Assembly: GCA_043228905.1 (NCBI GenBank)
Contig: JBHGNT010000018.1
Location: 9,424,001 to 9,488,000, forward strand
DNA: 64,000 nucleotides
From: Azolla caroliniana
Lineage: Eukaryota > Plantae > Polypodiophyta
Direction of reading: 5' to 3'
The notes below the pieces were generated by a model, which saw nothing but the letters and a program-made list of their open reading frames with translations, made no database searches and was not told where the DNA came from. Positions 1-12,153 of this stretch are shown one piece after another; position 1 is the first letter of the stretch; each line of letters begins with the position of its first letter. The translations under genes were made by a program, and so were the position numbers.

Positions 1-77
1 ACACATGTGAAGAGTTCTCTATTGAAGAATACGATATTAATAAAGATACCAAGAATGAAGGAAGTGCCCAGGAAACA

Positions 78-2665
78 TTGAATAACATTGGCGATGGTCA
101 CAGCAAAGAATTAGACTGTAACAAGGTTACACCAACCTCTATGCAGGAAGAGAAATCTGGGAGCCCTATGCATATTAGAAGAATCCCACGAAGAATTCGT
201 CTAGCTAGATTTAGCTTGGTGACATCAGATAAACAGATTGGATTTGATGTCAACAAAATATGTTGTGCTCGTGGTTGTATGTCTATGATTGGAAAATCAA
301 AGTTGCGAGAATTAAGGCGATACTATTTTTCGATGACCGGTATGAGCAAGACACTTACCTTGGGTCACATATGCAACTAGTATCTGACAAATGTACGGGG
401 ATCAAAGTATCATTCGAGTATTATATCTTCCATGCGCAACAGATATGTAGAGTTGCATTCAAAATTGCGTTATGTGTTAGTAACATGCGGCTACATAGAG
501 TACAACAACGTCTACTTAGCGGGGATCAGATGCTCAATTGTAAAGAGGTTCCAAGTATGAAAGGTGCAATTGGAAGACTAGCTATTGGCTGGATGAAAAC
601 TTAGTTTCAGTTAAATTGTGAAGTAATGCCCACTACAGGTAGGATGCATCTTTCTGATAATTATACACGTCGGGAAGTTTATGATGTCTATCGATCTGAT
701 ATGTTGGGCTCACGTAATAAGTCGATCACATATAGCCAATTCACAAGATTATGGAGAGCTCGGTTTTCAAATGTTATTATTCCTCGTAAAGTACGTATGG
801 GGTATTGCTCCATTTGTGCAAATCTTAAAAGTTTGGCTAAAGGTGCAAAGACATCAATGGAAAAGGATACGAGTAAGAAGTTACTACAAGAGCATCGTGA
901 GGCACAATCCTTAGAACGAAGGAAGGCGATGCATCATAGAGAGAAGTGTTTGAAGAGGCCCGAACAATACATGTGCTTAATGATAGATGGCATGGACCAA
1001 AAGAAGACATGCTTGCCGCATATGCGGAGGCTCCCCAAAGATGTCAATGATGAGTGCCTTGTTCAAATGCACTTGGTGGGATGCTTGGCTTATAATAGGT
1101 CTGTTTGACCTCACGTCTTCATTACTTACCCCAATGTTCACAATGACCCTAACCTAACAGTTACAGTGATTCACCGAGTTTTGATGTCTTGGGGACAACC
1201 TTTCCCCCTTGTTCTATACATTCAATTGGACAATACTGCTAGAGAGAACAAAAATTCAACTGTATTTGGCTATCTAAGTATGTTGGTCAACCTAGAATTG
1301 TTTAGGAAAGTGAAAGTCAATTTCCTTTTGGTTGGCCACACACATGACCATATAGATCAGATGTTTAGCACATTCTCCAGACAGTTGTCTCGGCATGATG
1401 CTTTCACTTTACCTAAACTATTTGATGTCATTTGTGATGCTTATACACCACGCCCAAAAGTGTTACACTTGAAGGAGGTATATGACTTTAAGAGATATAT
1501 ATTAGATGGGGGTGGTGGGAATGTTAAAGTGCTTGCTCAGTTAAACAATATAAGTTTCAATCACATTTTTTTGATAAAGAAAAATGGAATAAGTGGTTCT
1601 ACACTTTTGTATGCCAAACAATATTCATCTTCTACAACATGGGAACCTGAAGGTGGTTGCCAGTTATTACTTTGTATGCCGAGTACAATTGTCCATGGAG
1701 CTAAGCAAATGCCAATTGAGAAGAAAGGACAGTTGCAGAGCGACTTGGTATCAGAACAAAAACGGTCATGGCTCCAAGCCTTAGAAGAAAAAAGAAAGCA
1801 TATTGAGGCCGCCAAGAAATATGCCGCACAACAAGACACGTCATGGTGGGATGTATTTTATAGTGATCAGAAAGAAATTATAGACAATTGTGTATCTGTT
1901 GATAATTGGAATTTGGAAACGCCATTCACATGGTCGCTGCAACATGATCGCGTAAATAGAAGTCCGGAGCAACTAGTAAATGCGATTAATGACAGCTTGG
2001 TCCATCCACAACAAAGAGACATTTATGTGGGACCAAGGATGACCAAAGCAGCCGAAGCTAGATGGCAAGGAAATTTGCAAGAGCTCACCGCGGGGATGTT
2101 GATTGCAACGCCGGCTGATGAGAACTCACATGGCCACCAATTTTGGGTTGGTAAAATTCTAGAAGTGCTAATGCATGAAATAGAAAACACGATCAAGTCT
2201 ATAAATGTTCATTGGTACAACACTAGAAGTGCAAATGCTTTTACAGGTAAGTATACATTGGAGATGATTGAATGCCAAACAAGAAGGGGAGGTAGGAAGA
2301 GGAAGCGAAACATTCGTAACACCTCGACCCTTGATATCTCTGATGTGGATATCATCGTGTACGACTTCACACTTACAAAAGCCGGACGATTAAGGAAGTC
2401 AACAATAGATATAATAAAAGAAAAATTACCAGGTCTACAAGGTGGCTCGAGTCAAAGGCAAACGAGATCTGCTACATATAATCTAGAGTCAAACCATTTG
2501 GTTTATGACGAAGATAATGCATTGATTGGTACATCCGAGGATGATGAGGAGAATCGTCATTGTATATTAGTTATAGTAGTGATTCTCCGTAAAGGAGTGA
2601 TCATGAATATATATTTGGCTATTAAGTGTAACTACATTCCGCTTGTAACAAATCGAGTAATATAA
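78..2665 (+). pseudogene. Decayed DNA-transposon transposase, Sola-like/DUF7869-like (DDE-type RNase H fold), with a C-terminal extension
   Basis: ORFs 260-604, 626-1108 and 1166-2665 share one frame and are separated only by TAG (602) and TGA (1106). ORF 78-380 joins by a frameshift near 330-340. Motifs: CxxC (CSICANL), LMIDGMDQKKT, IQLDNTARENKN, FLLVGHTHDHIDQMFS. Family assignment is from recalled motifs. The 5' end lies outside the window. Confidence 0.7.
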
Positions 2666-2948
2666 AATCATGTGTTTTGAATTCTTATGATTTCTAAAAA
2701 ATTGTTTCTTATAAAATAACATTGGTTGTGAAGTTTGTGATATAAATTGAGAATGTATCTTTTTGAAATTCGTCTTTTTTTAGTTACTTCTAAATCACGA
2801 AAATAGTGGATTTTTAACCTTTTTCATAGTATGTTTGAACATGTATGATACTGGTATCAATGTGTTTTGTAAAATCATTGAAAAACCCCTAAAATTTCCC
2901 TTATCCTTCCATTTATGCGCGATCCTTCCACTTGTGAACGCGAACGTG

Positions 2949-3238
2949 TTTATTGTTGTTCTGATGCATTATTGCCCTATTGTGAGTCTTGTCTTCTCTC
3001 TAGTTTTTCATCACTCTATTTTGAGTCTCTCCCTTAGCAAGCTAGGGAGTTCTGTAATCTGTCTATGTACTCTTGTTTCATAGTGGAATTTCTTGTTGGG
3101 CTTGAGTCCTGTGGTTTTTCCTGATTTAGGGTTTCCACGTAAATTGTGTGTCTCTGTTTTATGTTTGTGTCTCGGATCTGAATTTTATTGTTTATCTCTT
3201 ATTGTATACATATCAAGCTTTCCGCTACACTCTAACAC
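2949..3238 (+). repeat. 3' part (R/U5) of a Copia-type LTR
   Basis: Contains the typical Copia U5 motif gtggtttttcc...gggtttccacgtaaa and ends in ...ctaACA. It directly abuts the presumed right end of the DNA transposon. Confidence 0.5.
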
Positions 3239-3349
3239 CTAGCACTATACAATTGTATACAAACACATTGCAAGATATTAGCCTTTGGGTAAACAATCTC
3301 TTTGATTCAACAAACTAAAAGCTTCAAATGATTTCAAAGAAGATCATGA

Positions 3350-3900
3350 ATGAGCATTGCACCAACTTGGACTATAAATTTCAATCAATGCCTAGTCCTA
3401 ATCCATTGACTACATGACCAACATTTGGGTGACACCATTTTTTACTTGCCTTAGGTCTTGACAAATTAACACCCATGGTGTATAGATATAAAACCTAAGA
3501 CCCAAATTTTGGATAAAGAGAGCTCCCTTTGGGAGGGAAAAATGACCCTAAGTGGAGAGCATCACTAGCATGTTGTCGTTGGAATGAGTCTAGCACAAAT
3601 TATTGTAATTACATGATCACAAGGATCATTTTGGCAAAGGATCCCCAATCTTGGCCTTCGAAACCCTGTCTCGTTTGATGCCTAGAAAACTCCAACCAAT
3701 CTAGGCATAGTTGTATTGAATTACTCAATGAATCAAAGATTGGATATTTCTGAAATGAACACCCTCTATTAGGGTCGTTTCAAGTTGATACCCTCGACAA
3801 GGACTCGATGGTAGTTAAAGAAGAACTTCCTATTGAAGGCATACTATGGAGCAAACTCATTGAACACATTCCCCCTATGTGGTCACCATCATCACAATTT
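3350..3900 (-). mobile_element. Highly degraded Gypsy RT-like relic
   Basis: Short minus-strand translations resemble RT motifs (VGHVVNGLGLGID ~ LGHVVSxEGIxVD; WSFLGI ~ RSFLGL). There is no continuous ORF. Confidence 0.3.
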
Positions 3901-4249
3901 CAAGAACAAACATGCAACTCATAGCAGAGCAACCAAGATGTCTACATTACCCAAGTGCAATAAAGTTGCATAACTAGTAACCAACCGGCTAGACTAGCTT
4001 GATAAGTTTGTAAGATAGTAGGCATAATATCATAGGAATAGTTAAGCAACATCATAGGCAAGCACAAATAAGTGTCCAAGTCCTCACACACATACACACC
4101 ACATGGAATGCCAAATAATTGGGTAAAGATAGTATAGGAAACCCATAATGAGATATTGTGTTGCCCCAACAAGTGCACAAATGTTATCATCCTCAAGACC
4201 ACCACATCCTAATAGGCATGGCTACCACAAGACGGCCATGCAATGTAAG

Positions 4250-4403
4250 TTCCAAAACTTAGATAGTCATTGATTAGAGGACACCCATATTCAAATTGCC
4301 CTCCTTCACCTGTTCACGCCCTCATGTCCAAAAACTTAGATAGTCACTAATTAGAGAACAACCATATTCAAATTGCCTTCCTTCACCTGTTCACGTCCTC
4401 ATG
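4250..4403. repeat. ~78-bp tandem duplication
   Basis: tccaaaacttagatagtca...ccttcacctgttcacg(c/t)cctcatg occurs twice, head to tail. Confidence 0.8.
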
Positions 4404-5788
4404 AGCCTTCTTTGAGCATTATTGCTTACCCTTGGTTTCCTTCTTGTCTCTTGCCTCCTGCCTCTCGCTTCCAACACATTTAGCACACTTGATCCTAGCA
4501 CTTCATGTTGTCATGATTGTCTCCAATATAACATGCTCAACTTAATTTATTATAGGTTCTTGGGTACTCATGCCATCTCAAAATGGCTGTGCAAACAATA
4601 ATCAAAGCATCTAAGAACTTGCCCTATCCAAAATTACCTAACATAGAAAGGAGTCCACGTCTTGAAGAACCTTCATTGTAAGCTCAAATATGTAAACATG
4701 TCAAGACAATCTCCAAGTGAATTGCCTTTCTACATCTCACAATGATAAGGTAGATCATTTAAAACAACCTCAAGCTTTTACCATATGTGCACTAGAAGTG
4801 TTTCTTTTATAGGTGACAATGTACATATCCTTGCACCTAGAGGCTAGAGTTATGACCTATGCTAAAAGCAAAACAATGGTCTCTATTATCCCTTGTCATT
4901 TGCCAAACTATAGGTCATTGCCACAAAGCAACGAGTCTTTAGCCATCATTTGATTGATATAATCTTTTCCCCACTCTAACTCAATTTCAAAATCTTGTTA
5001 TTCTAAAATGATTTACAGGAAAGCATGTATGACATGCAATAGGTGGAAAACCTCATAGGATTAAGTAGTGTTTTAAAATCTACAATTATGAATGAGTGAA
5101 AGTCCCACCATCATACAAACTTCAAAGCATCAAGCAACCAAGAATCTATGAACTATATATAAACATACTTGTCCAATGCAGGAGGTAAACTACAAATACA
5201 TGTTTATTTTAGTAAGTTTGATATTGTTAACTGATTCTTATCAAGTTACATTGAAATGAGAAATTATCTCACTCCACTACAAGAAAATATAAATACATGT
5301 ATATTTTAGTAAGTTCAATATTATTGACTCATTTTTATCATGTCACATTAGAATGGGAAATCATCTGCCTTCACTGCAAGATTTCTGACAGATATGACCT
5401 CTTAAGACTAACTAAAAGCTAAAACAATTAGCATTGATCACATCATGAATTGAAACCTCACATGAACTGTAATCTTATTTTTTATTCTCAGAAAAAGGCT
5501 CGTATAGTTGGCATAGAGGGAGTTGGCAAACCCCTTTCTGCATTCGTATAACAGAGAATATATGCATGACTGAGGTCTTGCTTCGTGGGTAACAAATTAA
5601 TTATAAGTACCACCAAACCTGGGCATAGAGAAAGGAAGAAACATGTAACGTGCATTGACAAAACAAATAAATTTAGCTCTTCACCTATGCTACTGCTAGT
5701 ATATATTATCTACATGCTCCTTTTGTCACCATGAAATTATATGAGCTTCTCAACAGATTTCTGCACCTGAGAAAACTGAACAATTCAA

Positions 5789-6248
5789 TCAAATATCAAT
5801 TAGCAGGATGGCAGCAGAGACCCTCAAGGATTCCTCTTCCACCAGTTCTTCCGCACCTACTCGAACACTAACAATGTACCTTGAATGGCAGTTTATTGTG
5901 CGTACCCCAACATCCATACTACATCTAAGACCCGAAACAGTATTTATGTAAAAGCTTGGCTACATATCTCACTTTCTTGCGAGTATCTTTATATGACCCC
6001 TGTCCTAGAAACGGCCACAAACCACATATTACACCTGTAAGCTTATCTTCGTTCAACACTTCTATTCTCCATGTGGTCCCACCATAAAAGGCTTGTTGAC
6101 ATTTTGAATCACCAATAGGTGACCATAGCTTGTCTTTCAAGACAAACTCTGCACCGAATCACAAAGGTGGGAAATTGGACAACTTCATACCAGAATCAGG
6201 CTCATTTAGAACCCAAAGTTCATCTGATTTCAAAATATGGCAGAGTGC
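5789..6248 (-). pseudogene. Terminal exon of a decayed BTB/POZ-BACK-MATH-like protein gene
   Basis: After the acceptor ctctag| at 6249 the frame reads ALCHILKSDELWVLNE-PDSGMKLSNFPPL*FGAEF...FYGGTTWRIEV...YKDTRKKV. A shifted frame then gives ELVEEESLRVSAAILLIDI*. These match recalled motifs of plant BTB proteins (SDELWV.NE, FPPFRFGVEF, FYAGSLWKV, YVDSREKV, LRVAAVVQLV). It carries an internal TGA, further stops and a frameshift. Confidence 0.65.
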
Positions 6249-6699
6249 CTAGAGTATCAAAAACACATCAGAATCATGAACACTCAAATTCTATGGATCC
6301 TGATCTCTTCAAAAGAAACAGATAAAAAATAAAAACTTTGAATTGAAAATAAATCAAAAGGAAACAGAAATTAACGATGATTAGTCACTTTTCAACTAAG
6401 TAGACAGCATTCTCCGCATTCAGAGATTGTCATATACAATTATATGCATGGAATGTGATGATAAATTAAAAAAGAGAACTCGGCATGGTATCAAAATTAG
6501 AAGAAGACAGAAATTAGCAATCGTTGGAGATTATCTAACTGAGCAGACAGCAGAGGTCATTGTATATAAGCACAGAATACAAAGGTAAATGTTGTCAAGA
6601 GAAAATGTGAACTCTCAGCATATAAAATGCATAGCATCCTATGTGTCATAAAACCGTCGTAATTCAGGATGACCCCTCCATCGACTTTTAACTATCAAT

Positions 6700-6903
6700 T
6701 GGAGTTTATATGAGATCCTCGTATGGACCCAGACACTAAATGATATTATACATGTCACAGGATAGCGCATTTGATGGATCAACTCCCAAAGCATAAAACA
6801 TCAAGAGATCCCGCATCCACTGATGCATATTAGTACTCACATCAAACATATGCTTTCTTAGAGTTGTTTTTTTCCTAAAGTTATTATTCCATTAACTTCA
6901 TTA

Positions 6904-6946
<43 letters not shown>

Positions 6947-8038
6947 CATAAAGGAGGGGACCCATGGAGCCAAATACATACAAGACCATTATGGTTGGCC
7001 ATATGCTCACGAAACTATATGTTGTTGTAATGGACGCAGAGCTCAGTGATTACATGGAAGACAGTAAGTCTTGGAGCAACCAAACAGACCGGCTTTAGAC
7101 GACCCTTCTTTACTATTAAGCATATATTCACACTTAGATGCTTAATTGACCAAACCAAGGCTCACAAGAGGAAATTATATTGTTGTTTTGTGGACTTCCA
7201 CAAAGCCTTTGACACAGTCCCTAGAGAGCGGTTGTTTGATAGGCTTAAAAGTTTGGAGATACCAAATGATATGATTTGGGCCATCTATGATTTATATGAG
7301 CAAGTCTCTAGGTGCGTATGATGTCCGGGCAGCCTATGCAATTGCTACACTAGCACCATTGGTGTAAACCAATGGTTGTCGCCTATCACCTACTTTGTTT
7401 GGGATCTACACTGATGAGATTACTGATTTTATTGCTCATAAGGGAGACTACAAAGTAGTCCTAGGGGGTACGCAAGTCTATCTCTTGCTCTATGCAGACA
7501 AAATAGTTTTACTCTCTGAGTCTGAAAATGACCCACAAAGGCACCTTAATGCCTTAGATTACTTTTGCAGACAAAGGGGATTGGTAGTGAATTAGGGAAA
7601 ACTACGTCCTTATCTTCCACACATATGCTTAGGTTAGGACTAAATGTCACCTATCACTCTCATAAACCAGTTGAGGTAGTTGGATCATATGTACATCTTT
7701 GAGTCACTTTTAGCGCTTGCTCATGTACATTTTCCATGACACGGGCAGCCAAAGATAGACTAACAAGAGGATATGCATCCCTCTCACTCTTAGAGAGACA
7801 ATGCCACCAAGCATACTTCCAAGAGCCACGAACTAAGGGGTGGCTCTTCGACTCATTAGTGACCCTTTCCCTCATGTATGCATCAATGGTTTGGGCTCCA
7901 GGCTACCACCTTTCATGTGGGCGTAATTAGAGAGACCATTGGTGATGATGTTATAAGTTATCATGTCAACTCTGAAGCAAATCGACAGTGCCACATGACA
8001 TCATTAGAGCAGAGTCCACTTTATCCCCTATGCTAGTA
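6700..8038 (+). mobile_element. Degenerate non-LTR retrotransposon (LINE) reverse-transcriptase region
   Basis: Translations include HKGGDP.EPNTYKTIMVGH, QTGFRR, YCCFVDFHKAFDTVPRERL and LLYADKIVLL (decayed YADD). There are many stops and frameshifts, and a (TC)n(TA)n microsatellite lies inside it at 6905-6948. Confidence 0.8.
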
Positions 8039-8305
8039 GTGTGCGGAATAGTGCTCGGCCACAACCGAGTCTCAATAACACAATGGAAGAAACAAAAAAC
8101 AGAAGTAAGACGACACAGAATATTAACGTAGAAAACCCTAATCGGGAAAAACCACGGGAGTTCTCAAAACTCCGAACAGTATGACTATAGGGCAGAGGCA
8201 CTACAAAGTGGGACTCAGAGGCAACGACCTCGAGCTCTGTCTTTGCCAACCGGCAGTTACAACAAAGAAGCTTTTTGTATCTCTCTCTCTCCCTCCCGTT
8301 GTTAA
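8039..8305 (-). repeat. Copia LTR fragment in reverse orientation, related to the element F LTR
   Basis: The reverse complement contains agactcggttgtggccgag and cccgtggtttttcccgattagggttttctacgt, matching the U5 of the F LTR (21480-21605). Confidence 0.6.
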
Positions 8306-8329
8306 ACTAGGAGATGTTAAAGTCAATTT

Positions 8330-8797
8330 TCAAAAGGGTGCAATCGAAAAATGAATTTCCACAATTAAAGACAATATAAATAAGAAAATGCAAGCATAGG
8401 CAAAGATTCCAAGGATGCCAAAGCTCAAGCCATGTATGCTAAAAAAGAAGTTAAAGCAAATGCTCCCTAAATAAAGGTAGTGAAAAAGCAAAAAGGAACA
8501 CCAACAAAAAGGACAAAAATGATGAACCCTAAATTAGAAGAAGAAACCATTAGAAAGCCTGTGCATACATGTACAGTCTATTGGTTGGGTTGAAAAAGGA
8601 AACCCACAAGAAGATGCCAAGAAATTTAGAACAAAGATCATGGATCAGATATTCCATTTGCATCTATGCGGATTGTGATAGGAGATGAATCTCAAAATAA
8701 AGCCTTGACCATTTGTTTGACATGTATGGAAAAGACCAAAGCTTTCCAATCCAAGAGAAAGGAACCTCAAGGGTGACAAAATATATTTAAACGATCT
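8330..8797 (+). mobile_element. LINE ORF1-like relic, left part (interrupted by element A)
   Basis: Joining across the A TSD (GATCT) gives ...NLKGDKIYLND|L..., resembling the LINE ORF1 C-terminal motif LKG.KIYIN.DLT. It continues at 41629. Confidence 0.5.
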
Positions 8798-9434
8798 TGT
8801 GAAAGTGTTTTTAGAATTCAAGGTATTGAAGTCTACAAGAATATAAGGTATGGCGCGTTCACATCCGGAGGGCAAGATCACAAGCTAAGGTCTTAAGGAT
8901 AAGTCAAACTAAAAGCAAGAAAGATGGGGAAAACTAAAAGAAGAAAAAAGCGGGCACCAAAATGTAGTCTGCAACGAACGCTCATAACTCATTCGATTGG
9001 AAGCCAAATATAATGTGCAAATATGGGTTGGAAAGCTTGTGAAGAGAGCTATAATAGAATTTTAAAGCTCTAAATTTAGAGCTTCGACGAGGGAGATATG
9101 ATGATTTGAAGATTGTTGTGTCATAGATAAGAATAGGACTCCATGAAAAACTCTAAAAAAAGCATAAAAAAGAACGCAAGGGAAGCATATCCAGTGGAAG
9201 AGAACTTTATATAAAGGAAGAAAAGTAAGGTGGTGGGAGAGAGTCTCTTTCTTGTAGAGTTCTCTTGCCTATTCATGTAGTGTGGTTGAGTAGTTATCAA
9301 TTTATCCTTGTAGGTTTGGGTTTATGTATCTTCTTTCTCTCTTGTTTATATAATAATCATTCATTATCAATAGATCTTTGTGGCTTTGGGTCTATTTATC
9401 TTCCTTATCTCTTCTTTATATCATCACTCTATCA
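8798..9434 (+). repeat. 5' LTR of element A
   Basis: Direct repeat of 40986-41623 with about 16 differences by eye. Confidence 0.93.
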
Positions 9435-9531
9435 TTTTTGGCGCTCCAGGGAGGGTTGATCCTTTCCGTATAACGAGAGGAACAATTGTCCACTTATTGA
9501 TGGTTGGATCTACCGATTTATCATCAAACTG

Positions 9532-10462
9532 ATGGCAAGATATAGAGTTCGCGATGCGGAAGATCTACGAAGAGAACTTTTTCAATTGCGTATGGTTTCA
9601 TATATGTGCTACCTTGAGTATGAGAAGACGTTTTTGGATATATGGTCCACTTGGATTCGACTTGTTGGAGGCGTTGAAGATGTATACTTCAAGATGCAAA
9701 GATTCAAAGCAGGGCTAGATCCATATTTTCAATATGAATTACCCAAGGTCTTTCCATGATTTGCTTCGAGTATGTCAAAGTTATGATCAACAATTGAAGA
9801 AGTTGTTATTCGGGGAAGCATATGGAGTATCGACGTCATATACCTTAAATCCAAGCTATGATAATCATGGATCAGTCATGAGCCAACAACAAGCATACTT
9901 GCAATGTCCGATTCGACAGGTTCCCTCATATCATTATTCAAATTTTTGGAGTTATAATGATATTTATGAAGGTGATTCCAGATACAAAGAAGAAGAGGTG
10001 ATGAATGTGGAGTTTCCCCATCTAGTTCATGCGGACAACCACAATATAAAGAATGATGATGTGAAAGACAAATCCAAGGAGATTGCTATGAGAAGCAATG
10101 TTATGGATGGTGATGCCAATGTACATCATGTTGAGGACATTATTGATACAACAAGCGATATGGTGGTTGATGATGAATATATGCAAGATGAAATGGAAGA
10201 TATGACAAAAAAAGTTGTTGATGGTGAAGTACCCACAAGGGAGTTGCAAGAGGAAGAAGGTAACCTCGAAGTGATAGCTGGAGATTGGCTTTTGGAGATC
10301 AATGTGTGTAAGGAAGCATTGGTAAGTGCCAAGTTGCAGTGTATGAAGGTGTTCGTGCAAGATTTGTGTTTTGGATTTGCATTGAGTAGCAACAAAGTTA
10401 TGTGGGCATCAACTCTTCAACAACAATTTGATCAAGAGCTAAGGTGTGTCACTTTATCACGT
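9532..10462 (+). pseudogene. Frameshifted gag-like ORF of element A
   Basis: LRRELFQLRM...EYEKTFLDIW...KMQRFKAGLDPYFQYEL|PRSFHDLL resembles a retrotransposon gag capsid and is followed by an acidic region. It is cut by the B insertion. Confidence 0.55.
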
Positions 10463-11815
10463 TGTCGTAGTGTTTTTCGTACACTACGTGAAAAACTTAT
10501 AAAGTACCGATTTAATAAATATGAATAAATAGTAGAAAATATTAAAATATATATAACATGCATAGGGCAAGATTCAAACATTGCACCTCCATGTTAATAA
10601 TGTGAAACCTTACCATTACACTAGCATTTCATTAGTGTTAAAAAGTAGATGTTCCACGTAGAAAGCTGTTAACTCTTCGGGCCGGACAATGGCCTAACAC
10701 AGGGTGTCTACGTGAGACACTTCACCAAAGGGTGTTACGGCAACCGGATTAGACTTCAACGCTTAATCCGACTTAGTTAAGTTACTTATTAGGATCGTCT
10801 TCATAACACGCGTAAGATATACAATTAAGACAGAACGGCAATTGACAGAGATATAACAACGCTTAAGCTTTCATTAATTAACCGCTAACTATTACATTGT
10901 ATCCGGGCCTTTAAATAGGTTTCCGGTCTGTATTACAAAACGGTGCCATCCGCACCTGTTCGGGATCGGTCCGGATCCGAAACGGCATACCGATTCCGGT
11001 CCGTCTATCCACACTCATAGCTTAATTACAACCACATTCCTACTACTTAATTAGCTCTCCGTTTCCCACTCTGGACTCCTTTGCCGGCCGGTAACACATG
11101 GCACGCCCGTGGGACAGTACCTTGTACGTCGAATCCACAACCGACCCTTGCTATTCTTCGTCCAAAATGTCCAGAATGCTCTGTTCAAGGGGCTCCAATG
11201 GTTCATCTAGAAGTGGTTGTTGTTGTTGTTGTTGCTGTTGCTCTGTTGCTGTCTGCTGCGGCGGGTCCGTTGGTGGTTGTTGCGGCTGCTCCTCCGTTTG
11301 TGGCTATGACACCGGCGTCTCCGTCGTTGCTCCCTGCGTCGTCATGGTCTCCGATTGACTGGTTCCCGGCTGGCCCTCAGCCGACGACGGTTCCTCATCA
11401 TTAAGGTTAACCGTTGTCGCTTCCTGTGCTTTTTCTTCCCGTACCCGGGACCGCTCGTAACTTTCAAACTGGATTTGAGCGTCCAGCCTATCATCGTCCA
11501 GCTGAGCTACAAGCTGTCTGACCTGCGCCAGCTGTTCATCTGCCAGGACTTGGAAGTCGTCGGCCAGCTCGTCCCGTATGGCGGTGAAGTCCTCGGAAGT
11601 CAGCGTATAACAGTCATCTCCTTCCTTCCGCCGGTTTGCCACATCCGCCCGTAGCAACTGGAGTTCCGCCGCGTTTTGTGCCTGTCAGGAACTCTATTAA
11701 GGCAGAGAAGGAATTAGTACTAAAAGAAGGATTAGTACTATTGTTGGGGAATAGTACTAAGACAGAGAAGGATTAGTACTATGAGAGGTGTCGAACTTTG
11801 AGAGAAGGAATGAGT

Positions 11816-11863
<48 letters not shown>

Positions 11864-12082
11864 TGATGCGAAAGATATATGTATTATATGACGGAAGATA
11901 TACAACAGTAGTTAGAAGGCTTAAGACTGGCGTTGAACCGATTTGGTTCGAACTAATGCCTTGCGCCTCCTTTTATAGTGTCTTCAGGAATACTCCTGAA
12001 GTTTCTAGAATGTTCCAGAGAAATCTGGAATATACATCAATTTCCCAATAAAACCTAAATGAAAATAATATCCTTCAAATTA

Positions 12083-12153
12083 CAATTCATACCCTAATGG
12101 TAAAGTCTCGACCCGTGTAACAAAAGGTTATGGGTTCGAGTCTAGTTATGACA
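12083..12153 (+). promoter_or_regulatory. tRNA-like A-box/B-box (Pol III type 2 promoter-like) module at the D LTR end; second copy at 17386-17456
   Basis: TACCCTAATGGTAAAG (A-box-like) and AGGTTATGGGTTCGAGTC (variable loop plus B box) sit at canonical tRNA spacing. The stems do not pair, so this is not a functional tRNA. Confidence 0.55.

Noticed and set aside
602-1108. In-frame stops repaired by U-to-C editing or programmed readthrough
   Set aside because: The context is a nuclear TE, and the same element also has a frameshift. Ordinary mutational decay (e.g. CGA>TGA) explains such stops throughout the window.
11098-11358. Cys-rich + strand ORF (GCCCCCCCS...) resembling a metallothionein or keratin-associated protein
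   Set aside because: It is the antisense reading of the CAA/CAG poly-Gln tail of element C's coiled-coil ORF.
11816-12051. ORF starting MRERERERE (repeated at 17163)
   Set aside because: It is a translation of the (GA)n tract inside the D LTR.
12083-12153. Functional tRNA-His(GTG) gene
   Set aside because: The acceptor, D and anticodon stems do not pair. It is kept only as an A/B-box module.
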